The notes under the pieces were generated by a model, which searched no databases, was not told the origin of the DNA, and saw only the letters and a list, made by a program, of their open reading frames with translations. From Felis catus (taxonomy: Eukaryota): a stretch of DNA of 64,000 nt. The position numbers were made by a program, and so were the translations under genes. The stretch spans positions 58,964,001-59,028,000 of the forward strand of contig NC_058368.1 of assembly GCF_018350175.1 (NCBI RefSeq). The letters are read 5' to 3'. This document shows positions 24,151 through 36,743 of this stretch, piece by piece; the stretch's first letter is position 1; every line of letters begins with the position of its first letter.

Positions 24151-26619
24151 ATTGAATTCTGAAATGTAATTATTTCTTTTATGTTCTTTTGGGAGCTTGA
24201 ATGCATATAGGACTTATTAAATTCTATGTAATCATCTTGAAAGATTTTTTTCTATACTTTTTTTCAGCAGTAGTGTTTGCTGTGTGCAGAATAGGTAGAT
24301 CCATATTTTAATAAAGTTTAGAAATTCACCCTTCTAATATTTTACCCACTTAGATACATATCGCTTTGCATCTATCATCCATCCATCCATCCATATAATT
24401 TATCTGTCCTTTTCTATTTTTATAATACAGATGAGTAAACAATTAAAATGTATTTGAAAAATTAATATTATAGTCTAGAATGCTTCTTGAAACACTCTTT
24501 GAAGATTAAAGAGAACCACATGAATTTCCCTTTTTTAAAATGTGTCAGCTCATATTTAAAAATCTGAGTTTTTACTTGTTTTTCTGTCATGGAGCTAAAT
24601 AATAAGCTAGAAGTTGCTGTTGTGGGAAACATAATGTCTGCTGTGCCATTCAGCATGGAAAGGAAATCACCTGTGGCTAGTTTGAAGTTTGTTCCTGAAA
24701 TAGATGGGGATCTGTCATCACCTGCCTGATGTGATAGAAGCCCAACAAATCCTTTTATCTCAGCTGTGTTAGTGAGAGGGGCTTTGTTTAATCGTGATGA
24801 GAAAGGATCCCAGGGTAAAAGGGAAATGGGTTCCCTGCAGAATGAAGCCTCCAAATGGCCATAAAAAATGTATGCAGGTAAACATCATTTATACAATATT
24901 GCTTTATAGCAGATTATAGGGCTCATGTTGTGTGCCATAGACTCCATGGGGGAATCAAGAGGAAAACAAAGTTTCTATTTCTTTGGAAGCCATATCAGGG
25001 CAACACAGCTAAAACAGTTGCTAGAAGTAATCCCTGAACAGAATTTGAAATTACGTTGCTTTAAAGCACAACAAAAAATACCAACCAGTATAAAATTTGG
25101 CACAATTTTCTAAAATACATCTATTTTACATCCTAAAAACATGGATTCTATATACTAAGAATATATTTTTATAACTGTGATTTCTCAAGTGAATCATAAA
25201 CCTATTTACTTTTAAATATAACATTTAGATAGTGTTCTAGGAATAAAAATTATAGAGATGCATATATATGAAACATATTTTTAGATCTTATTTTCCATCG
25301 TATGATATTAATTATTTCATGATTCATCAAATACTGTAAAAATTTCTCTAGGTCACCAGGGTAATTGTATTGGAATGAGAATGTCTATAATTGTGTGTGT
25401 GTGTGTGTGTTCCAATAGATTTACAGAGGCTAGGCTAATAGATGACAGCCAAAACAGATCAACAATATAGCTTAAATTATGCAGAAAAGGAGAATGTTTC
25501 CATATGCATAGCTGTGAGGATTAGAGAATTATGATGAAAAATGTACACTTAATAAAGTTAGCATAATTCATGACATCAGTTGCATTAGTGTAATTATGAT
25601 GAATAAAAAAGTGTTGTCTCTTTCTGAGCTTCTTCATTCCTTATATTACCTAGTATTTTTCCATTCTTATTATTTGACAAATAAAGGAATCACTTATTAA
25701 TATCATCATAGTCACATGTAGACTTGAAAATTAACGTAAATGATTCTCCAAGAAGGATACCATAGTAATTTTTTAAATATCATTTTCAGCAGCTCACATG
25801 GAAATTAAAATGAACTCTTTTACAATATTTTATTTTGTATAAATAGAAGCATACTTATTTATGATGCAAAATATAAATTTATAGAATGAAATCAATCTTA
25901 TTCTGAGTGATCAAGAAATGATTTGATAATAAGGATGACAATTTTCTTTGTGATGAAACAGATGCAGTAGTCATTAAAATATGTAATCAATACAATTGAA
26001 TTGAGTGAAAATACATTTTTCTGAAAGTCAAAACTTGATACTTACCTTAGGTCAAATATAGAAAAATGATAAGTGGGCAAACAATATGCAATTAATCAGC
26101 GACTTCAGTGCCTTTAAATCCTCACAATGAGGCATTCACAAATGTGCCATTAATTGTTTGAAACAGAACTACCACCAAAGAGTCTCATGTATGTTGGTGA
26201 TGTGGAAGGCAATTAGAAGGAAAATCTGTAAATATTTTAAAGGTAATTTGTTAGCCACAAAAGTAAGACATGTATTACTAAAAAATAAACATCTGTTTTA
26301 AAGTATCTAAATTTAAAAGTAATCAAATAGGCATTCAACATAGAATTTTCAACAAAAACCAATTTTGTTTTGGCTTTTTGTAGGATTTCCAAGTTAACAA
26401 TTGCCTGTAGAAAAAGAATTAATATTATACCATCACAAATGACTGGTGAATATTATTCAGAAGGTCAAACACACACAAATAATTTATAGAGATACTACGC
26501 ATAATTGTGCACTAAAATCAGGATAATTTATTTCATTTTATTCAAACTCTGCTTTCTTCTCACATGTTTTGAAGAAAGGTAAGAAATGTCTTATATTATT
26601 GAAAATATATATTTTTTCA

Positions 26620-26808
26620 TTTTTAAGATGTATTTATTTATTTTGAGAAGAGATGTGGGAGGTACAGAAAGGGAGAGAGAGTGAATCCCAAGCAGGCTTC
26701 ACACTGTCAGTGCAAAGTTCAACATGGGGCTTGAACTCATGAACCATGAGATCATAACCTGAGCTGGAACTAAGAGTTGGATGCTTAACTGAGCCACCCA
26801 GGCACCCC
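26620..26808 (-). mobile_element. CAN-SINE
   Basis: Ends GAGCCACCCAGGCACCCC; T-rich tail. Confidence 0.92.
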
Positions 26809-27131
26809 AGGAAATATATTTAAATGCAAGCTTAATTATGCTCTAAAAAGGAGCATTAGAAAATAGCTAAATTATATTTGATTTCCAGAGAGAGGGAACT
26901 GGACACTTAAGAAAATAATTCAAGTAAAAATATTAATATACTTAACATCGAGAAAAAATTGAGTAACACATTAAGATACTTCTAGTACTACATTTTTACC
27001 CATATGCTGAGAGATAACCAGCAAAACTTTTGAAAGCATTTTAACTTTAAAATTTGGTATACATAAAGTTTCAGTGGCCATTCCCACATGTATCAGTACC
27101 CTTCTCTCTGTTACAAATCTAGTCCAATTGC

Positions 27132-27133
<2 letters not shown>

Positions 27134-27168
<35 letters not shown>
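27134..27168. repeat. (TG)n microsatellite
   Basis: Directly visible. Confidence 0.95.
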
Positions 27169-27174
<6 letters not shown>

Positions 27175-27328
27175 AGGGCGATAAATACTTTGGAGGCTTA
27201 TTCAAAAGAATAGTTGTTGGTATACAGATTTTAATCTAGGATTTATAAATGTATTTTCTTGCTATACCGAGTGTCATTGAAAACTCCTTTCCAATTATTA
27301 GAAAACAGCAAGGAACAGGGGATGAGGG

Positions 27329-27338
27329 AAGATGGCGG
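27329..27338 (+). promoter_or_regulatory. YY1 motif at the L1 5' end
   Basis: AAGATGGCGG about 12 nt into the element, the conserved position of the L1 YY1 site. Confidence 0.75.
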
Positions 27339-28242
27339 TGTAGGAGGACGCTGGGCTCACCGTGCGTCCTGCTGATCATTAGATTCCACCTACACCTGCC
27401 TAAATAACCCAGAAAACTGCCAGAAGACTAGCAGAATGGAGTCTTCGCAGCCAAGCGCAGACAAGAGGCCCACGGGAGAGGGTAGGAAGGGCGGAGAGGC
27501 GGTGCGGGCTACACAGACTGGCAGGAGGGAGCCGGGCAGAGGGGTGGCCAGCCAGGCAAGGCAGAGCCTCTGAAGTCTGGCTTGCAAAAGCGGAGGGGCC
27601 AGACGGAGTGTGTTCTGACATCAAGCGGGATTTGACATCTGGAAGGTTATAAGTTAACAGCTCTGCTCAGAGAGCGGGAATGGCTGGAGAACAAGCGGAG
27701 GGAGAGTTGTTGAGCCCCGGATAACAGAGTTCAGCTTGGCGGGGAACAAAGGCACTCACCAGCACCATCTCCCTCTCCCATCCCCCAGCCAAAATCCCAA
27801 AGGGAACCAGTTCCTGCCAGGGAACTTGGTTGCACCGCGCAAACACCCAATGCTTTGCTTCTGCGGATCCATCCCTCCGGCGGGTCTGACTCTCTCCCGG
27901 TGTCACAGGGCCCCTACTGAAGCAGATCTCCGAAGGAAAAGCAAGCTGAGCCTGCCCCTCCAGATCCTGTGCACCTTGCCGATCCACCCCACTTAATGCG
28001 CCAGATCCCTGGCATGACAAGTCTGGCAGTGTGCAAGTAGCCCAGATGGGCCACGCCACCCAACAGTGAATCCCACCCCTAGGAGAGGGGAAGAGAAGGC
28101 ACACACCAGTCTGACTGTGGCCCCAGTGGTGGGATGGGGCCAGACGTCAGGTCGGACTGCGGCCTCGCCACCAACTCCAGTTATACACCACAGCACAGAG
28201 GAAGTGCCCTGCAGGTCCTCACCACGCCAGGGACTATGCAAA

Positions 28243-29136
28243 ATGACCAAGCGGAAGAATTCCCCTCAGAAGAATCTCCAGGAAATAACAACAGCTAGTG
28301 AGCTGATCAAAAAGGATTTAAATAATATAACAGAAAGTGAATTTAGAATAATAGTCATCAAATTAATCGCTGGGCTTGAAAACAGTATACAGGACAGCAG
28401 AGAATCTCTTGCTACAGAGATCAAGGGACTAAGGAACAGTCACAAGGAGCTGAAAAATGCTTTAAATGAAATGCAAAACAAAATGGAAACCACCACAGCT
28501 TGGCTTGAAGAGGCAGAGGAGAGAATAGGTGAACTAGAAGATAAAGTTATGGAAAAAGAGGAAGCTGAGAAAAAGAGAGATAAAAAAATCCAGGAGTATG
28601 AGGGGAAAATTAGAGAACTAAGTGATACACTAAAAAGAAATAATATACGCATAATTGGTATCCCAGAGGAGGAAGAGAGAGGGAAAGGTGCTGAAGGGGT
28701 ACTTGAAGAAATCATAGCTGAGAACTTCCCTGAACTGGGGAAGGAAAAAGGCACTGAAATCCAAGAGGCACAGAGAACTCCCTTCAGACGTAACTTGAAT
28801 TGATCTTCTGCACGACATATCATAGTGAAACTGGCAAAATACAAGGATAAAGAGAAAATTCTGAAAGCAGCAAGGGGTAAACGTGCCCTCACATATAAAG
28901 GGAGACCTATAAGACTCGTGACTGATCTCTCTTTTGAAACTTGGCAGGCCAGAAAGAATTGGCACAAGATTTTCAGTGTGCTAGACAGAAAAAATATGCA
29001 GCCAAGAATCCTTTATCCAGCAAGTCTGTCATTTAGAATAGAAGGAGAGATAAAGGTCTTCCCAAACAAACAAAAACTGAAGGAATTTGTCACCACTAAA
29101 CCAGGCCTACAAGAGATCCTAAGGGGGACCCTGTGA
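28243..29136 (+). pseudogene. L1 ORF1p (297 codons) with a single premature TGA at 28801
   Basis: MTKRKNSPQK...RNNIRIIGIPEEE...RILYPASLSF...EILRGTL in one frame; the stop is probably CGA>TGA. Confidence 0.95.
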
Positions 29137-29186
29137 GACAAAGTCCCAGAGACATCACTACAAGCATAAAACATACAGACATCACA

Positions 29187-32100
29187 ATGACTCTCAACCT
29201 GTATCTTTCTATAATAACACTGAATGTAAATGGATTAAATGCGCCAACCAAAAGACATAGGGTATCAGAATGGATAAAAAAACAAGACCCATCTATTTGC
29301 TGTCTACAAGAGACTCATTTTAGACCTGAGGACACCTTTAGATTGAGAGTAAGGGGATGGAGAACTATTTATCATGCGACTGGAAGCCAAAAGAAAGCTG
29401 GAGTAGCCATACTTATATCAGACAAACTAGACTTTAAATTAAAGGCTGTAACAAGAGATGAAGAAGGACATTATATAATAGTTACAGGGTCTATCCATCA
29501 GGAAGAGCTAACAATTATAAATGTCTATGCGCCGAATACCGGAGCCCCCAAATATATAAAACAATTACTCACAAACATAAGCAACCTTATTGATAAGAAT
29601 GTGATAATTGCAGGGGACTTTAACACCCCACTTACAGAAATGGATAGATCATCTAGACACACGGTCAATAAAGAAACAAGGGCCCTGAATGAGACATTGG
29701 ATCAGATGGACTTGACAGATATATTTAGAACTCTGCATCCCAAAGCAACAGAATATACTTTCTTCTCGAGTGCACATGGAACATTCTCCAAGATAGATCA
29801 TATACTGGGTCACAAAACAGCCCTTCATAAGTTTACAAGAATTGAAATTATACCATGCATACTTTCAGACCACAATGCTATGAAGCTTGAAATCAACCAC
29901 AGAAAAAAAGTCTGGAAAACCTCCAAAAGCATGGAGGTTAAAGAACACCCTACTAACGAATGAGTGGGTCAACCAGGCAATTAGAGAAGAAATTAAACAA
30001 TATATGGAAACAAACGAAAATGAAAATACAACAATCCAAACGCTTTGGGACGCAGCAAAGGCAGTCCTGAGAGGAAAATACATTGCAATCCAGGCCTATC
30101 TCAAGAAACAAGAAAAATCCCAAATACAAAACCTAACAGCACACCTAAAGGAACTAGAAGCAGAACAGCAAAGGCAGCCTAAACCCAGCAGAAGAAGAGA
30201 AATAATAAAGATCAGAGCAGAAATAAACAATAATAGAATCTAAAAAAACTGTAGAGCAGATCAACGAAACCAAGAGTTGGTTTTTTGGAAAAATAAACAA
30301 AATTGACAAACCTCTAGCCAGGCTTCTCAAAAAGAAAAGGGAGATGACCCAAATAGATAAAATCATGAATGAAAATGGAATTATTACAACCAATCCCTCA
30401 GAGATACAAACAATTATCAGGGAATACTATGAAAAATTATATGCCAGCAAATTGGACAACCTGGAAGAAATGGACAAATTCCTGAACACCCACACTCTTC
30501 CAAAACTCAATCAGGAGGAAATAGAAAGCTTGAACAGACCCATAACCAGCGAAGAAATGGAATCGGTTATCAAAAATCTCCCAACAAATAAGAGTCCAGG
30601 ACCAGATGGCTTCCCAGGGGAGTTCTACCAGACGTTTAAAGCAGAGATAATACCTATCCTTCTCAAGCTATTCCAAGAAATAGAAAGGGAAGGAAAACTT
30701 CCAGACTCATTCTATGAAGCCAGTATTACTTTGATTCCTAAACCAGACAGAGACCCAGTAAAAAAAGAGGACTACAGGCCAATATCCCTGATGAATATGG
30801 ATGCAAAAATTCTCAATAAGATACTAGCAAATCGAATTCAACGGCATATAAAAAGAATTATTCACCATGATCAAGTGGGATTCATTCCTGGGATGCAGGG
30901 CTGGTTCAACATTCGCAAATCAATCAACGTGATACATCACATTAACCAAAAAAAAAAAAAAAAAAGAGAGAGAGAAGAACCATAAGATCCTGTCAATCGA
31001 TGCAGAAAAGGCCTTTGACAAAATCCAGCACCCTTTCTTAATAAAAACCCTTGAGAAATTCGGGATAGAAGGAACATACTTAAAGATCATAAAAGCCATT
31101 TATGAAAAGCCCACAGCTAACATCATCCTCAACGGGGAAAAACTGAGAGCTTTTTCCCTGAGATCAGGAACACGACAGGGATGCCCACACTCACCGCTGT
31201 TGTTTAACATAGTGCTGGAAGTTCTAGCATCAGCAATCAGACAACAAAAGGAAATCAAAGGCATCAAAATTGGCAAAGATGAAGTCAAGCTTTTGCTTTT
31301 TGCAGATGACATGATATTATACATGGAAAATCCGACAGACTCCACCAAAAGTCTGCTAGAACTGATACAGGAATTCAGCAAAGTTGCAGGATACAAAATC
31401 AATGTACAGAAATCAGTTGCATTCTTATACACTAACAATGAAGCAACAGAAAGACAAATAAAGAAACTGATCCCATTCACAATTGCACCAAGAAGCATAA
31501 AATACCTAGGAATACATCTAACCAAAGATGTAAAAGATCTGTATGCTGAAAACTATAGAAAGCTTATGAAGGTAATTGAAGAAGATATAAAGAAATGGAA
31601 AGACATTCCCTGCTCATGGATTGGAAGAATAAATATTGTCAAAATGTCGACACTACCCAAAGCTATCTACACATTCAATGCAATCCCAATCAAAATTGCA
31701 CCAGCATTTAGCCTCTACTACAAAGCTGTCATCATCAAGACAGCATGGTATTGGCACAAAAACAGACACATAGACCAATGGAATAGAATAGAAACCCCAG
31801 AACTAGACCCACAAACGTATGGCCAACTCATCTTTGACAAAGCAGGAAAGAACATCCAATGGAAAAAAGACAGTCTCTTTAACAAATGGTGCTGGGAGAA
31901 CTGGACAGCAACATGCAGAAGATTGAAACTAGACCACTTTCTCACACCATTCACAAAAATAAACTCAAAATGGATAAAGGACCTGAACGTGAGACAGGAA
32001 ACCATCAAAACCTTAGAGAAGAAAGCAGGAAAAGACCTCTCTGACCTCAGCCGTAGCAATCTCTTACTCGACACATCCCCAAAGGCAAGGGAATTAAAAG

Positions 32101-32904
32101 CAAAAGTGAATTACTGGGACCTTATGAAGATGAAAAGCTTCTGCACAGCAAGGGAAACAACCAACAAAACCAAAAGGCAACCAACAGAATGGGAAAAGAT
32201 ATTTGCAAATGACATATCGGACAAAGGGCTAGTTTCCAAAATCTATAAAGAGCTCCCCAAACTCCACACCCGAAAAACAAATAACCCAGTGAAGAAATGG
32301 GCAGAAAACATGAATAGACACTTCTCTAAAGAAGACATCCGGATGGCCAGCAGGCACATGAAAAGATGTTCAGCGTCGCTCCATATCAGGGAAATACAAA
32401 TCAAAACCACACTCAGATATCACCTCACGCCAGTCAGAGTGGCCAAAATGAACCAATCAGGAGATTATAGATGCTGGAGAGGATGTGGAGAAACGGGAAC
32501 CCTCTTGCACTGTTGGTGGGAATGCAAATTGGTGCAGCCGCTCTGGAAAGCAGTGTGGAGGTTCCTCAGAAAATTAAAAATAGACCTACCCTATGACCCA
32601 GCTGCTAGGAATTTATCCAAGGGATACAGGAGTACTGATACATAGGGGCACTTGTACCCCAATGTTCATAGCAGCACTGTCAACAATAGCCAAATTATGG
32701 AAAGAGCCTAAATGTCCATCAACTGATGAATGGATAAAGAAATTGTGGTTTATATACACAATGGAATACTACGTGGCAATGAGAAAGAATGAAATATGGC
32801 CTTTTGTAGCAACGTGGATGGAACTGGAGAGTGTGATGCTAAGTGAAATAAGCCATACAGAGAAAGACAGATACCATATGGTTTCACTCTTATGTGGATC
32901 CTGA
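29187..32904 (+). pseudogene. L1 ORF2p (endonuclease, RT, C-terminal domain) with a few frameshifts and an in-frame deletion
   Basis: TLNVNGLN, CCLQETH, GDFNTPL, SDHN (EN); PGPDGF, YRPISL, LFADDM (RT); frameshifts near 29900, 30230, 30950 and 32600. Confidence 0.96.
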
Positions 32905-33220
32905 GAAACTTAACAGGAACCCATGGGGGAGGGGAAGGAAAAAAAAAAAAAGAGGTTAGAGTGGGAGAGAGCCAAAGCATAAGAGACTGTTAAAAACTGA
33001 GAACAAACTGAGGGTTGATGGGGGGTGGGAGGGAGGAGAGGGTGGGTGGGGGTATTGAGGAGGGTACCTTTTAGGATGAGCACAGGGTGTCGTATGGAAA
33101 CCAATTTGACAATAAATTTCATAGATTAAAAAAAATAAATAAAAAAATAAAAAATAAAAAAAATAAAACTCCTTTCCATTGTCTCTTAACTTCTTCTATT
33201 CTGAAGCAAAAGATTAAAAT

Positions 33221-33291
33221 AAAAATCATTTCTATTAAAAATCATTTCTATTAAAAAATAGAGTAACTTCTATTAAAAATCATTTCTATTA
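33221..33291. repeat. Local repeat of AAAAATCATTTCTATT (3 copies)
   Basis: Two tandem copies plus a third after a short spacer. Confidence 0.8.
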
Positions 33292-33837
33292 AAGAATTAT
33301 ATTTATCTGGTGTGTATATACATATAGATGTGTGTGTTTTGTTTTTAATTGATTTATGTAATGTTTGACAAGTATGAAAGACTATACTTCATATTTATGT
33401 GGATTTTGAAAAATAATTACAAAACATACATCTGTAAGCCCACCATCCAACCCAGGAACTATTGAATTAATCCAATTATGAAAATGGCCACTGTGTTCCT
33501 CTCTAAACTCTTTTCTCTGAGAATTTGAATAGTTTTCTACAACTCACTGGGTGTTACTAAGCATTAGTTCCCCTGGACTTTCACAGGAATGTTTGACTAT
33601 TAATTATTCTTAATAATTAATTATTCATGCATCTCTATGGGTTTGGAGGTGTGTCCATCTATGCATGTATTAATCTGGTAAAACCTGAAAAATGAACTAA
33701 TTATATTTTAAATTAATGGTTGTTTAGAAGTGACAATTACTTCCTCCTAAAGACCACTTCAAATCTACCTTAATGAAAAAAAATTATATTGTATGTACTC
33801 AAAATGCTGTTCATGTTAATAAATAGAAACCATTTAA

Positions 33838-34058
33838 AGTGCACCTTGATGGCTAAGTCAGTTAAGCGTCTGACTTGGGCTCAGGTCATGATCTTGTGGT
33901 TCATGAGTTCAAGCCCCATGTCAGGCTCCATGCTGATCGCTCAGAGCCTGGAGCCACTTCAGATTCTGTGTTTCCCTGTCTCTCTGTCCCTGCCCTGCTC
34001 GTACTCTGTCTCTCCCTCTCAAAAATAAATAAAAAGGTTAAAAAAAATAAAAATAAAC
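33838..34058 (+). mobile_element. CAN-SINE
   Basis: GGCTAAGTCAGTTAAGCGTCTGACTT, TCAGGTCATGATCT, A-tail. Confidence 0.92.
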
Positions 34059-34824
34059 TCTCAGAACATTTTTTAAGCTTTTTTTTCTTTTTGCTTTTAT
34101 TTTTTGCTAAGAGCCTCTGTTACCTCTGTTTCTAGTGGCATGATTGAATTTGGACCTGAACATGGCATCTTTCAATAATGTGCGATAGATCATTTGATAA
34201 TGGATAGTAATTTCCCACAAAAGCCTTATAAATACATGTTGAATGTTAGAGAAAATTATAGCACTTATCTAATTTTACTGCCCTGTCTAATAAATTCTTT
34301 TGCTACCATAGAGTCCTACTAAGCAGTAGTTCTACACAATGACACTAGTAGTCTTTTTATTTGTTTAAAAAAACTAAGCAGACATTATGTAGGCAGTGTT
34401 TCTGTATTATTGGATTCATTTTTGTTTTACTATAGTATTGACAGATTCAATGTTAAATTTCAAAAAGCAATAGTCATAGACTCAACATGGCCACTTCTAT
34501 TTTACTGCCTCTCTCCTCCTTTTGTTTCCTTTGTCATATTCACCTTGTGAGCATCAGTGACAGGAAGAACCAGATAAATTGTGCCAAACTCTTTGACTTA
34601 ATTTCTCATAATTATGTGCTCACCATGCTGAGAATACCCAATGAGCATCTGAGTGTCTCCTGCAGATTCCATTACTAAGTTTGGAAAAAAGTCTTATTTT
34701 ATTAAATGTTGCAGATGATATGTTTCTAAAAGAAACTGAGAACATATTGTTTTTTCCTGAAGTGAGTCAATATACTTAATGTCGGAGAATTATGACTTTC
34801 AAAAGTACTTTTTGATTAACAGTA

Positions 34825-35291
34825 CAGGTTTTTCTGGCCATCCAAAAGTTAGTGTTCCTATGAAACTGTAAGCCAAAATGCTGTAAAACAAAGGAGCAAT
34901 TATAATGAATTTACATGAAAAATGTTTTGAACTTTCCCACACTCAAAAAATAACATCTCTTAGGCTTTTCCGATACTCTAGGACACATCGTGCTAAAATA
35001 CATTGAGGTAAAATGCAGATGCTCAGAGACAGTTCAAAGCTGTGGCAGCTTGATGCTGAGATGTTGGGTGTAGTTCCAGGGAAGGAGCTTGGTGATGCTG
35101 CTGTCACTGCTTAGGGTGAACACTGCCTCTCTAATGGCTCCCTGCAGGACAAACACTGAACACTATTTTGGCTTTTTACCCTTTCTCATAAAGGTGAAAA
35201 TCCTTTTTGAATTGCTTTAGGTTAGGAAAAACAGGTTCTAAGGTAGGCCTTTCATAAAAGTGAAGGGGCTTTGAAAAGTAGGGGATACCTT
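34825..35291 (-). mobile_element. Tigger-type (Tc1/mariner-pogo) non-autonomous DNA transposon fossil
   Basis: TA|CAGGTTT... and ...GGGGATACCT(T)|TA degenerate TIRs with TA target duplication; subfamily not assigned. Confidence 0.6.
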
Positions 35292-35537
35292 TATACATTA
35301 CAGGTAATTGCATTGATATATTGAGCAAGTTAATAAACATTTCCTGAGTGTTTATTTTGAACAGAGCATAATTCTGGGTATTATGAGAGTAAAAAATCTG
35401 AATTAGTCATAATATCTGTTTTTTCAAGAAATCACTATCTATTAAGGAACATGCAAACACATTCTGTAAAGTATTAAACTTGTCAGACTTGTAAATTGTT
35501 AACCACCTGAGACAAAGATTATTAGAAAATATTTTGA

Positions 35538-35804
35538 CATGGAATTTAAGAGATGAAACAGATGAATATGGGGTGGGGGAAGAAACAGACAAACCATAAA
35601 ACAGACTTTTAACTACAGACAATAAACTGAAGGGTGATGGAGGGAGGTAGCAGGGCGATGGGCTAAAAGGGTGATAGGTATTAAGGAGGGCACTAGTTGT
35701 GATGAGCGCTGGGTGTTGTATGTAAGTGATGAATCACTAAATTCTACACCTGAAACTAATATTACACTGTATGTTAACTAATCGGAATTTAAATAGAAAC
35801 TTAA
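35538..35804 (+). mobile_element. Truncated carnivore L1 3' UTR
   Basis: L1 3' UTR; TSD AAAATATTTTGA at 35526-35537 and 35805-35816. Confidence 0.92.
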
Positions 35805-35959
35805 AAAATATTTTGAATACAATTATACGCTATTCAATTAAATGTCCTCATTAGAATATCATTAGACTAACCCAGCCCTAATATCTTTAATACTGTATTT
35901 TGCTTATTATTGATAATTGTGTAACCATAATGTTAAATGTATAAAATAAGAAACAGTTT

Positions 35960-36260
35960 CTGCATGGATAAATCTTATAATGCTTATGTTAAGTACATGC
36001 TATATGATTCCATTTACATTGGAAGTCCAGAATAAGGAAATAGATAGAGAAAAAAAAACTGTATTTATGGTTGCCTAGGCCTGGGGATTGAGGGAATGAA
36101 TGGCAACTAATTTGTACATGTTTTCCATTTTGAGAGAAAGGAAATATTCAAGAATTTATTGTGATAATGAGTGCATAGCTCTTTGTACTAAAACTGTTCA
36201 GATTATATACTATAGCTGGGAAATTTCATGATATAAAAATATCTCGATAAGTCTGTTAAA
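35960..36260 (+). mobile_element. Old L1 (L1MB/MD/ME-type) 3' end remnant
   Basis: GCATGGATAAATCTT, ATATGATTCCATTTA, GGTTGCCTAGGCCTGGGG, ATATCTCGATAAG. Confidence 0.6.
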
Positions 36261-36536
36261 ATTTGTCTTTTATATTATTTCCATCAGGGCACCTCAAACA
36301 GCTTCCAAGTACCTTATATAAAACAAGAATTAAATAGAAGTTTTTCATATCAATTATTTACTCCTCTTCATTTTCCTGTTATCATCATTGCCATCATCAT
36401 CTCATCATCATGATTTTCAAGATATAGTTATTTTCATTGAAGTTTACCAACAATTCCTGTCAATTTTAAGCCTCATTATAAAGAGGAAACTGGTAGAGGA
36501 TATTAACATTTGGAGTGTCTTTAAGACAGTGAATAT

Positions 36537-36743
36537 GGGGTGCCTGGGTGGCTGAGTCTGTTAAGCATCCGACTTTGGCTCAGGTCATGATCTCCTGGTC
36601 TGTGAGTTTAAGTCCCAGGTTGGGCTTGGGGCTTGGGGCTTGGAGCCTGCTTCAGATTCTGTGTCTCCCTCTCTCTCTGCCCCTCCCCCACTCACGTTCT
36701 GTCTCTCTCAAAATAACGAACATTAAAAGACAATTTTAAAAAA
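36537..36743 (+). mobile_element. CAN-SINE
   Basis: Full head; degenerate TSD AAGACAGTGAATAT / AAGACAATGCTTAT. Confidence 0.92.

Larger units (their letters stand above)
27318..33164 (+). mobile_element. Full-length young felid-type L1 (L1_Fc-like), disabled
   Basis: CpG-rich 5' UTR starting GGGGATGAGGGAAGATGGCGG; ORF1, ORF2, G-rich 3' UTR, A-tail; TSD AAAACTCCTTTCCA at 27280-27293 and 33165-33178. Confidence 0.98.

Noticed and set aside
24468..24854. 128-aa minus-strand ORF outside repeats
   Set aside because: Non-ATG start, no recognisable domain, no supporting exon structure
28066..28242. 59-aa N-terminal extension of ORF1
   Set aside because: Starts at GTG in the GC-rich UTR; the other L1s begin at the homologous MTK ATG
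28440..32074. Long minus-strand ORFs antisense to L1 (e.g. 28440-28967, 31100-31525, 31718-32074)
   Set aside because: Shadow frames of L1 ORF1/ORF2; similar peptides recur opposite every L1 copy here
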